Origin: a virus
Direction: 5' to 3' (one strand)
Virus record (IMG/VR): IMGVR_UViG_3300048691_000181
Coordinates: 32,001 to 96,000 of that record
Length of the DNA stretch: 64,000 bases
Shown here one piece after another: positions 9,231 through 17,931 of the stretch. Every line of letters starts with the position of its first letter. Within the stretch, counting starts at the first letter, position 1. Under the pieces are notes generated by a model that did not search any database, had not been told where the DNA came from, and saw only the letters and a program-made list of their open reading frames with translations. A program made the position numbers and the translations under genes.

Positions 9231-9756
9231 GATATATCGAGAACCATGGGAGTTAAATCTTGTTTTCATTAGAACAAGTCAGAGATTTACTAATAAGTTT
9301 GATGATGAAGCTTACTGGTTTTGGTGGAATGATAAGGGGGAGTTGGGATTTAAGTCTGCTAAGTGTACAACAAAAGCTGGCTTCTATTATGCTTTACATC
9401 CTATGGGTTCCAACGGAACAGCAATCCTTAAAGAGCAGCAATATTTGGATTCGTGGAAGTTAGGCTTACACCATTCTGATTATGCTGCTCTTGTTCAGGC
9501 TAAACCTATATCCGTTTGGAGAGATAACAATAAGGATTCTAAGTTAGATAACAGGGCAGAAGAGACTGGTTCTTTTTATATCAATATTCATCGAGCATCT
9601 AAGAATAAAGAATCTATGATTGTAGGTAACTGGTCAGCAGCATGCATTGTTCTTGCGAATCCTATTATGTTTCAGACCCTTATTCGTGCGGTCAACCAAC
9701 AATTAACTTTGGGGAAAAGAGATGTCTTTTCTCCTACAATACTAAAAAACTTTTAG
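9181..9756 (+). CDS. Putative endolysin, L,D-transpeptidase (YkuD)-like His/Cys family
   Basis: NKFDD, GTAIL, RDNNKD and INIHRA...VGNWSAAC motifs; flanked by TM proteins. Confidence 0.7.
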   Translation: MKTIHELTSRLEELGHKIYREPWELNLVFIRTSQRFTNKFDDEAYWFWWNDKGELGFKSAKCTTKAGFYYALHPMGSNGTAILKEQQYLDSWKLGLHHSDYAALVQAKPISVWRDNNKDSKLDNRAEETGSFYINIHRASKNKESMIVGNWSAACIVLANPIMFQTLIRAVNQQLTLGKRDVFSPTILKNF

Positions 9757-9758
9757 AC

Positions 9759-10157
9759 ATGAAACAAAGAATTTTAACCTCGTTAACACCTATTGCGGTA
9801 TCGCTCTATAAATCATTCCAACAAAAACATCCTGTCGTTGCTTTAGCAATTGGAGGTACGGTTATGTTTACATGGGGAGCTTTAACGGCTGTAACACAAT
9901 CAGGTATTCTTCAAGGAACGCCTATGGAAGAACATGTAGGTACGATTACAAATGCTCTATCCTTCTTAGGTATGGTGGTGAATTTGCTTCTAAGCGCTTC
10001 TAATATACCTACTGCTACAATTGTAGCAAATAAGGGGGAAGTGTTCTCAGAATCAAAAGAAAAGCCATCTACGAGCATCGTAGTAACACCTGCTACTATG
10101 ATTAAACAACCTCAGTTAGGTTCTATCCAAGACGTTCTAAATAAGACTAAAAAATAG
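9759..10157 (+). CDS. Holin-like 2-TM protein
   Basis: Likely start ATG 9759 (MKQRIL...); two hydrophobic segments; directly after the lysin. Confidence 0.5.
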   Translation: MKQRILTSLTPIAVSLYKSFQQKHPVVALAIGGTVMFTWGALTAVTQSGILQGTPMEEHVGTITNALSFLGMVVNLLLSASNIPTATIVANKGEVFSESKEKPSTSIVVTPATMIKQPQLGSIQDVLNKTKK

Positions 10158-10162
10158 GAATA

Positions 10163-10576
10163 ATGATATTCACATTGAACTCAACTGGCACATATACTAT
10201 TGACTTAGATGTGTCTATTAAAACACAATATAACTTAACCAATGTTCTTACTATTGATGGCGTTATTATTGTGGCTGCTACAAATCTTCCCTATACGGCT
10301 ACGTTTACCGCAGGGGCGCACTCGATTGAGATTTTAAGAACAGGTGCTTCTGGGACATATAAAGAAAAGGCTTGTAAGCTAACTGATAAAGATATTCTAT
10401 GTAAAGTTATAAAACACATTGAGTCTTTACCAGAAGAAAAGCGTTATAAGTCACAAGCTCTCTATTTGTATTATATCTTAAATGCTGGAATAAATACATT
10501 AGAATGTACGTGTCAATGTACAGACCTAAAGACTATCTATACTGACTTAAATAACCTAATTACTGACTGCTGTTAA
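10163..10576 (+). CDS. Cys-containing virion-associated protein
   Basis: 137 aa; beta-rich N half, CTCQC and CC in the C half; structural context. Confidence 0.5.
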   Translation: MIFTLNSTGTYTIDLDVSIKTQYNLTNVLTIDGVIIVAATNLPYTATFTAGAHSIEILRTGASGTYKEKACKLTDKDILCKVIKHIESLPEEKRYKSQALYLYYILNAGINTLECTCQCTDLKTIYTDLNNLITDCC

Positions 10577-10578
10577 AT

Positions 10579-11157
10579 ATGGACTGTAATATTATATCTA
10601 ACTATAAGAGTATTAAGACTCAATTGGGTAATGGCATTGAATGTGACGAGAAGATAAATAAACTGAGTCAGCTTGTCTTAGTGGACTATTCTACTATTCT
10701 ATCTAATCAGACGGGTTATACGTGCAAGGATAAAGAGATTTGCAACTATTGCAATAGTTGCTCTACAAGTACTATCTCATGCAATATCGTAGAGATTACG
10801 TCTAATGGACCTAATAACCTTATGGTATCTTATTTAGGAGAGTCTAATTGTTACGATATAGGAGCAATGAACGATTGGCGTGTAAGTCTTTATCTAAATG
10901 TTACTTTTAACAATATAGGAACTGTATTGACTTCAAATATAACCTCTGTCTATTTAGATGCTGTCTTAACTACGATAACGTCTCAATCAAATGTTGTTTA
11001 CGATACGCTTAATAGCAGATACGAGATTCAGTTCAAGGCGCTTGATAATCTTCTGAATAATACTGGAACTATGAAAGTTAACTATACTGTTTCAGATGGT
11101 ACTTCTACGATAAGCCTATTCCAATATATCTCTTTAGACAATAAGAATTTATGCTAA
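10579..11157 (+). CDS. Cys-rich hypothetical structural protein
   Basis: 192 aa; CNYCNSC cluster. Confidence 0.5.
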   Translation: MDCNIISNYKSIKTQLGNGIECDEKINKLSQLVLVDYSTILSNQTGYTCKDKEICNYCNSCSTSTISCNIVEITSNGPNNLMVSYLGESNCYDIGAMNDWRVSLYLNVTFNNIGTVLTSNITSVYLDAVLTTITSQSNVVYDTLNSRYEIQFKALDNLLNNTGTMKVNYTVSDGTSTISLFQYISLDNKNLC

Positions 11158-11184
11158 GAGAAAATAACACTTAAATTTACTATT

Positions 11185-11292
11185 ATGCGTATCAATATAT
11201 TACCTAATCCTGCATCGGCTTATTTCGATGATGAGACATTGGAACTGTTTGCTATTTATGCTCAAGGGCGCATTAATCCTTTTGGACTCTAA
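11185..11292 (+). CDS. Small hypothetical protein (35 aa, not in ORF track)
   Basis: MRINILPNPASAYFDDETLELFAIYAQGRINPFGL*; fills the gap before the terminator. Confidence 0.5.
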   Translation: MRINILPNPASAYFDDETLELFAIYAQGRINPFGL

Positions 11293-11311
11293 GATAGCAT
11301 ACACTAAAAAT

Positions 11312-11357
11312 AAAAAGCGTTTTTGGTATCTCCAATGATACCAGACACGCTTTTTTT
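11312..11357 (+). terminator. Rho-independent terminator (bidirectional-looking)
   Basis: AAAAAGCGT..TGGTATC/GATACCA..ACGCTTTTTTT. Confidence 0.8.
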
Positions 11358-11360
11358 ATG

Positions 11361-11368
11361 TATATTTG
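11361..11368 (+). promoter_or_regulatory. Bacteroidota sigmaA -7 element (TAnnTTTG)
   Basis: TATATTTG immediately after the terminator, 40 nt before the 11409 start. Confidence 0.55.
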
Positions 11369-11408
11369 TATTTAAAGTAAAAAAAGAAAATAAGAAAATC
11401 ATAACCAG

Positions 11409-12140
11409 ATGAACTTAAAAACACATATAGACGCACTTAAACAGTTAATGCATGGCGGCATCCCTTCTGATGATAGACGCCTTTCTGACGGCTTCTTATC
11501 GCATATTCTCTTTGCGGTCAGAAATGACCTTTTGAGAAAACGCTTAGACAAGGGAGTGGCTCTATCGGAAGAAGTTTATAGTACACTTTGTATGGATGTT
11601 TCAGATTCCGCCTTTCATAATTGTAATTGCGCAGAAGGTGGATGTCCTGTAAAGAGGACTGTCTTTCACGTACCTAATGCACTTCAAACAAAGAAAGGCG
11701 TTACATTAAAGGTGATGAATCTAAATGGAGAAGTTATAGATAACCTGAGTGTAGATACCAACAAATACTCTAAAGAGCATGGACTCATACAACGCCTTAA
11801 AAGCCCCGATTCCTTTGATATAAGCCAGATGAATTGGTATTTCCACGCGAACCACATCTTCGTTCAAAACAACCCGCATATCAAAAAAATACTTGTCAAA
11901 GGCGTCTTTGCAGAATCCGTTTCAAACTTAAATCTTGAACAGTGTACAGGCATAAATACTAATTGTGTCTATCCTTATTCTGATTCAGGATTCATTGACC
12001 AAGACTTATTACCTGCGCTTTATGCGATGAGTCTTCATCTGATTAACCGTCCTGTTCAAGATAAGGTGTCAGATGAAATAGATGCGACTGTGCCTACGGA
12101 AGCCATGAGTCAAAGGCAGTCCAGAAGAAGAACTAATTAA
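11409..12140 (+). CDS. Conserved crAss-like tail ring/neck structural protein
   Basis: GG..SDDRRLSD N-terminal motif; lies before the IHF/tube/stabiliser genes. Confidence 0.6.
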   Translation: MNLKTHIDALKQLMHGGIPSDDRRLSDGFLSHILFAVRNDLLRKRLDKGVALSEEVYSTLCMDVSDSAFHNCNCAEGGCPVKRTVFHVPNALQTKKGVTLKVMNLNGEVIDNLSVDTNKYSKEHGLIQRLKSPDSFDISQMNWYFHANHIFVQNNPHIKKILVKGVFAESVSNLNLEQCTGINTNCVYPYSDSGFIDQDLLPALYAMSLHLINRPVQDKVSDEIDATVPTEAMSQRQSRRRTN

Positions 12141-12194
12141 GAAAAGAGAAGTAAAAAATAAAAGAAGAATAACTAAGAATAAAAAATAAAAAGA

Positions 12195-12806
12195 ATGCAA
12201 TTAAGAGATACATATTTACCAGAATATTTAGAACTATTCGATTATACCGAAAAAGATAAGAGTTTAGTCGCATCAAGAAAAACAGTAGGGCTTAAAGACT
12301 TTTATCTTCATTATGCCTCTGATAGAGCAAAAGAAGGGAAAGCAGTAGAATTCACATTCTCTGAATTTAAAGAGTTCTGTTCTATTTATAACGAATACTT
12401 AGCTCAAGAGATATGTCGAGAAGGTACATGGATTAAATTACCTTTTGGTATGGGACTAATAGGTATATCTAAATTTACGCCAAGATACTATAAACCACGG
12501 TTTAAGAAAGAAGGTGTAGAGCTATATACGAATCCACATTCAGAAGGTTTTGTCGCTAAGTTCTCGTGGGATAAAGAGAAAGCTATGCTAACGAATAAGA
12601 CTCTTTGGAGGCACGTAGCTCCATCTTCTCTTAGGCAGAATATAGCTAAGGCTATCTTCAACTATGATGCTGCTGGTAAATACCATATCTTAGATAGAGA
12701 ATCAGAGAAGTTAACACGTCAAGCGTTTAGGAAAGAAAAGAAACAAAAAGAAATGAACGAACGAGCTGAAAAGCTTAATCTAAAACAAGGAAAAACAAAA
12801 GCTTAA
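12195..12806 (+). CDS. IHF/HU-like DNA-binding protein (crAss-type)
   Basis: IKLPFGMGLIGISK and YTNPHSEGF..KF.W motifs; basic; synteny. Confidence 0.65.
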   Translation: MQLRDTYLPEYLELFDYTEKDKSLVASRKTVGLKDFYLHYASDRAKEGKAVEFTFSEFKEFCSIYNEYLAQEICREGTWIKLPFGMGLIGISKFTPRYYKPRFKKEGVELYTNPHSEGFVAKFSWDKEKAMLTNKTLWRHVAPSSLRQNIAKAIFNYDAAGKYHILDRESEKLTRQAFRKEKKQKEMNERAEKLNLKQGKTKA

Positions 12807-13636
12807 TGAAATACGTCTCAATAAAATCCATCCTCTATGACCTCTCAACCACGATAGAGCCAAGCGAATGGAACGAATCTACGGTTATAGAATGGGCTCT
12901 AAAGGCTTCGAGAAAGATAGGTGTTATAGATATGTTGACACCTAAGCACGAGTTATGTGAAGTTATTGGACATACGTTTAAGAAACCTGACGACTTAAAG
13001 ACTTTAACTCAAGTATGGGTTTATACACTTTCTGTTTCTAATCCCTACTTTAACTCTTCAATAGAGTTGGCAAGACTTAGGCAACAAGTTGTAGACAGAC
13101 TTCAAGTACCTAAGCCAGACATCTGGTTAGATGGTATTCTCAATGCACGAGGAGGTTCAATTTCTCAAACATCAAAGACATGGCGTGTGCTCTATAAGAA
13201 TACGGGAACACCTATGATGCCCTGCTTACAAGAGAAAAGTTGTATGATGGAATATCGAGAAGAAGGTAATGCGATTAAGGTAACCCCTAAAACAGCAATT
13301 GTTTTATTGTCTTATCTGGCTTATGCCCAAGACAATGGAGAGTATATGATTCCTGATAACGAGAATTTTAAAGAAGCCTTGACCAATTATATCCTTTATC
13401 GCCTATACGACGCTAAAGTAAAAGTAGAGCCTAACCAGTTCAATCAAGCTGAAAGGAATATGCATCTTCAACGATATAATACACTGGCTGCACGTGCCAA
13501 GGGTGAATTGAATTCACCTGATGTAGGCACACTTGAAAACTTGAAGAATATTCGTACCAGAATGATGCCTAAGGGGAATCTCTTTGAATCAGGTTTTCAA
13601 TCTCTAAATCAACCAGAAAGAGGTAACCGCTTCTAA
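12806..13636 (+). CDS. Tail tubular/ring protein (P22 gp4-like)
   Basis: MKYVSIKSIL..L, IEW..A..KIG, MIPDNE.FKEAL..YI; synteny before the stabiliser. Confidence 0.65.
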   Translation: MKYVSIKSILYDLSTTIEPSEWNESTVIEWALKASRKIGVIDMLTPKHELCEVIGHTFKKPDDLKTLTQVWVYTLSVSNPYFNSSIELARLRQQVVDRLQVPKPDIWLDGILNARGGSISQTSKTWRVLYKNTGTPMMPCLQEKSCMMEYREEGNAIKVTPKTAIVLLSYLAYAQDNGEYMIPDNENFKEALTNYILYRLYDAKVKVEPNQFNQAERNMHLQRYNTLAARAKGELNSPDVGTLENLKNIRTRMMPKGNLFESGFQSLNQPERGNRF

Positions 13637-13648
13637 ACCAAAAAGAAA

Positions 13649-16600
13649 ATGCAAAAGACACTATCTAATACTTTTACAGGCGGGATGAACTGGGCGCTTC
13701 TTCCACAACTGGTACCGCCTAATCAATACGAGCAAGCCCTTAATGCTGTAACACAAGATAGAGAAGGGCAATTAGGTGGCTTATCTACGGAACAATCTAA
13801 CTTCAAGTGTGGTACACTTCCATTAGACTATGTGCTCATAGGGCATCAACTTCTTTCTGATACAGATAAAGAACTCTATGTCTTATTCTATGCAGGAGCT
13901 AATGGCTATGGAGAAATAGGTATTCATAATCCTACTGATTGTGGTTACACTAAAATAGTCGGTTCTACGTGTTTAAACTTTAATGAACAATATCCTGTTT
14001 CTGCCTTGTTGAAAATACAAGACAATTCAAATCGGTTTGTTTATTTTACGGATGGCGTAAATCCATACCGTGTAATAAATATAGACGATAAGGCAAGATA
14101 TGTTACAGACCCTAATCTTCCTACTGAGACACTTATTTGCGACGCCCTCTTGTTTGCGCCTAATATGGAAACACCTTATCTAAAGGCTATAGAAGTCTTA
14201 GATGGCGGTTCTTTGAAGATGGGGCATTATCAGTGTTATGCACGTTATGTTGATAAAGAACTTATCGTCACAAATGTCATAGCTCAGTCTAATGACGTAA
14301 TGATAAATAGATACGCTGCTTCAGAAGGATATTTCACTATAGATGGAGGCTACAATATTTCTGATGCTGGCATAGCTGCTGGTACAGAGCAATATCCTAA
14401 GACTAATAAGTCTATCAAGTACACTTTATACAACACGGACAATCGGTTTGATTATGTCGAATTCTTGATTGTCCTTTTTACTGGTGGAGACAATGCTATC
14501 TCTACGGTAGAAAAGAGTGCCCCTATTGCTATATCCAAAACTTCGTCAAATCCAACAGACCCTAATGGTACAGTAACATGGGTTTATACAGGATATAATG
14601 GACTATCGGGATATTCTATCAATGAGGTGATTATAGATAAGACCATCCTTAGCACAGTAAAAGCGCATATTCAAAAAGACAATAGACTATTTATTGCTAA
14701 TACTGTTGAAGAAACGACTATGGACTATTCTCTAATCCAACAAGCAGCATTGTCTATACCAGTTAGATGGAGAGCAGAACGATTACCTAAGTTTACAGCA
14801 AATATAGAAGGAAACTCGAAAAATATGTTAGAGCACAAGACGTATATGCGTGATGAAGTATATGCCTTAGGTGTTCAAGGAAGAAAGAAGAATGGTCAAA
14901 GGACACCTGTATTTCATATTCCTGGAAGAGCTCCTTTAACAGGGATAGGAGCGCCCCTGTCCTCTGGTGAAATATTTACTATTCGTACCAACCCTACCTC
15001 TGGTTGGGATAAGAAACTCTTAAACATAGTATCTTCTACTACGATTGATGCTACGGGAAATTCTGTTCAAACACATGAAGTAGAACACTTGACCAAGTAT
15101 ATAATAGGAAATCAGATAGAACGTTGGAGAGTTTATAACACGTCAAATATAGATATAGTTACGCCAACAGAATTTGGAGGCATCATGGCTTACTATGAAT
15201 GCGATGAAGTTTACCCTACGATTAAGACACCAAACGGTTTAAATCTTTATGGTTCTTTAACAGGAAAATCTATTAGGCATCATAAGATGCCTGATACAAA
15301 TACGATACTCCACTGTACAGATGACGAAGTTCGGCCTTTATCTTTAGACATCGATTTAAGTCTATTTGTCTCATCTCTGCCGTCCGTTATTACAAATCAG
15401 GTAGAATCATGGCATATTGTACAAGCTGAGCGTACAGATGAAAACAAGACCGTTCTTGACAAAGGCTTTACCACGTACAACGAGTTTAACCTATATAGAG
15501 ATACACCTCTTGCCTTCTATGATTCAGATAAAGTTATTTCTTTCTATTCTCCTAAGTCTGTATTCCAGAGAGCAGGACTAAATGGGACACACTATAAGAT
15601 AGAATGGTATAATCGAGAACAAGATGTAGAGGCAAATGTTTCAGACTATACATATTTACAACCTAATTTTGTTTCTATGGGAGGAGATAACAGAAAGATA
15701 GTACGAGAGTTTATTCAAAAGTTAGACACACTTGGACCACTTAAATACAATCCTTCTAATTTGGCAATAAAGGCATTTACTTATATTTCTCCTACGACAT
15801 TGAGCTTAACCACAGATAATTTCACATTAGGAAGTCTGGGCAATATTACTGTAACGTTAAGGAATAGAAGCTTCTCTAATGCGCTTTTGTTGTTTCAGAT
15901 GGAAAATGGAAAAGTAATAAAGAATCCTACTGATTCTGCGGCATTCCCTAATGCCAAACCTTTCTTGACGTATGGTGCTATTAAGCAAGAGAAGTCTGTC
16001 TATGGAAACTTAGACCTATTGACCTATTTCGATACCTCCAGAATGCTCAATAGTCCAAACATTAATACGACCATTAATTCTAATCTTCATATTATCAAAT
16101 CAGGAGATACGTTTATTACACCTTTGCACGTACATAATATAGCTTTCATTAACTACGGTTCAGTCCAGAACAATATCACAGAAGATTTCTATTACTATAT
16201 AGTAGAGTCTGATTTGAATGCGGGTATGAGGCATCAATGGAATGTGAATCAAAAGACTCAGGGTAATCTTTATCATAAAGGATGGTACACATGGAATGGT
16301 GCACCTCAACGCTTTGGTGAAGACATTGAAGAATATTTAGTCAGAATGAACGGAGGTATATATGCTGGTTTCTGGTCTAATTCAACGGCAGACAAAAGAC
16401 TATTTGCTCCTGCCTATCTCTATAACAAAGACTACGGCTATCAGGCTCCAATTAAGCCTCAGTATGCCTTGTCGGGACAATACGATTATATCAAATTCTC
16501 TGAAAAAAATAGGCACTATTATCGAATTAGATATTCAGAGAAGTCTTTCCAATCAGCAAGGACAGATGCTTATAGAGACTTGCGTCCTAATAACTATGTA

Positions 16601-17914
16601 GATATAGATGCTCAGTATGGACAGATTAATGACCTGTTTGTGGACAAGAATAATATCTATGCACGCACCCATAAGTCTATCTTAATGGTTCCTACAAATG
16701 TCCAACAGATAGAAGGCAATGAGACATCTGTCTATCTCGGTAAAGCAGAAGTTATTCCATACGAACCTAAGGCAGTTTCAAACACAACTTGGTATGCTGG
16801 TGGTTATAATTTTATGCACCGCGTAAATACTGAATTTGGTACACTATTAGTAGACATCTATAACCATAAGATATTTCTGTTTAGAGACGGTTTAGAAGAC
16901 ATTACCTTATCTATGCAACCTTTCTTTGATTCGTTCCTTAGATGGGACTTATTAGACTTTAACGTTGATTATAAATATAATAGAGTTATTACATACTATG
17001 ATGCATGGAGAAAGAGAGTTCTTATTACAATGCACCGTTGGGTATTGAATCCGAATACGCTTGAGAAGATTAAGGCTGGGCCAATATCCTATAATGATTC
17101 AACTAAACTCTTTAGATTTTCCTATAATGTTCTTGGAGTTCCATTTGAAGACTTACCGATAGAAGATATAGCAACCTTAGAGAAATATACCATCTCTTAC
17201 GACTTCTCTAATAAAGCATGGGTGTCTTTTCATTCGTATGTTCCAGATTATGCTTTTGGACTTAAACAGGGATTCTTAACTCAGCATAAATATCCAGATA
17301 GTACACTAAACACAAATGCACTATGGCAACACTCTGATTCTAAGTTCAATGACAAGTCATACCTCATGTTTCAAGAACAGGACTATTCCTTCTCGATTGA
17401 GACAACAATTAATGGAGCGAACGAGATGTCTACTTACCAGAAACAGTTAGATACGTTGATTATAGATTCTGCTCAATCGAAACAAGATAGTATAAATACA
17501 GTTAGGTGGGATACATTAGAAGCGTATACAGACAAACAACATACGGGCGTAATTAACATATTACCTATTGTTCAAGATAAGACTTCGATGATACGTCAGA
17601 ATCTTTATTCTACTAACTTTGCTGAACTATCAGAGAAAGAAGGTTATTATCACATCAACAAGATACTTGATAGAATTAAGGTCGTGAACAATTCGGCTAA
17701 CTTTATCTGGACATTTAATAACCGTTTAAGAAAAACACTCGATACGGCCAATATATACACGTCTCAAACAATGAATGCTGGAAGACTAAGTTCTAAGTGG
17801 ATACGTGTTAAGTTAGGCTTACAATACAATAAAATAACAGACATCGGAATTACGAATAAGGTCAAGCAAACAATTTTTTCTCTTGGTTCAGATGTAGATA
17901 TAGTTCTAAGATAA
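13649..17914 (+). CDS. Tail stabilisation/muzzle protein (P22 gp10-like)
   Basis: 1421 aa; F.GGMN, YFTDGVNP.R.INID, NRLF.AN, YMRDEVYA.G, GDTFI and WVSFHSY.P motifs. Confidence 0.8.
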   Translation: MQKTLSNTFTGGMNWALLPQLVPPNQYEQALNAVTQDREGQLGGLSTEQSNFKCGTLPLDYVLIGHQLLSDTDKELYVLFYAGANGYGEIGIHNPTDCGYTKIVGSTCLNFNEQYPVSALLKIQDNSNRFVYFTDGVNPYRVINIDDKARYVTDPNLPTETLICDALLFAPNMETPYLKAIEVLDGGSLKMGHYQCYARYVDKELIVTNVIAQSNDVMINRYAASEGYFTIDGGYNISDAGIAAGTEQYPKTNKSIKYTLYNTDNRFDYVEFLIVLFTGGDNAISTVEKSAPIAISKTSSNPTDPNGTVTWVYTGYNGLSGYSINEVIIDKTILSTVKAHIQKDNRLFIANTVEETTMDYSLIQQAALSIPVRWRAERLPKFTANIEGNSKNMLEHKTYMRDEVYALGVQGRKKNGQRTPVFHIPGRAPLTGIGAPLSSGEIFTIRTNPTSGWDKKLLNIVSSTTIDATGNSVQTHEVEHLTKYIIGNQIERWRVYNTSNIDIVTPTEFGGIMAYYECDEVYPTIKTPNGLNLYGSLTGKSIRHHKMPDTNTILHCTDDEVRPLSLDIDLSLFVSSLPSVITNQVESWHIVQAERTDENKTVLDKGFTTYNEFNLYRDTPLAFYDSDKVISFYSPKSVFQRAGLNGTHYKIEWYNREQDVEANVSDYTYLQPNFVSMGGDNRKIVREFIQKLDTLGPLKYNPSNLAIKAFTYISPTTLSLTTDNFTLGSLGNITVTLRNRSFSNALLLFQMENGKVIKNPTDSAAFPNAKPFLTYGAIKQEKSVYGNLDLLTYFDTSRMLNSPNINTTINSNLHIIKSGDTFITPLHVHNIAFINYGSVQNNITEDFYYYIVESDLNAGMRHQWNVNQKTQGNLYHKGWYTWNGAPQRFGEDIEEYLVRMNGGIYAGFWSNSTADKRLFAPAYLYNKDYGYQAPIKPQYALSGQYDYIKFSEKNRHYYRIRYSEKSFQSARTDAYRDLRPNNYVDIDAQYGQINDLFVDKNNIYARTHKSILMVPTNVQQIEGNETSVYLGKAEVIPYEPKAVSNTTWYAGGYNFMHRVNTEFGTLLVDIYNHKIFLFRDGLEDITLSMQPFFDSFLRWDLLDFNVDYKYNRVITYYDAWRKRVLITMHRWVLNPNTLEKIKAGPISYNDSTKLFRFSYNVLGVPFEDLPIEDIATLEKYTISYDFSNKAWVSFHSYVPDYAFGLKQGFLTQHKYPDSTLNTNALWQHSDSKFNDKSYLMFQEQDYSFSIETTINGANEMSTYQKQLDTLIIDSAQSKQDSINTVRWDTLEAYTDKQHTGVINILPIVQDKTSMIRQNLYSTNFAELSEKEGYYHINKILDRIKVVNNSANFIWTFNNRLRKTLDTANIYTSQTMNAGRLSSKWIRVKLGLQYNKITDIGITNKVKQTIFSLGSDVDIVLR

Positions 17915-17931
17915 ACAAATCTTAAACGAGA

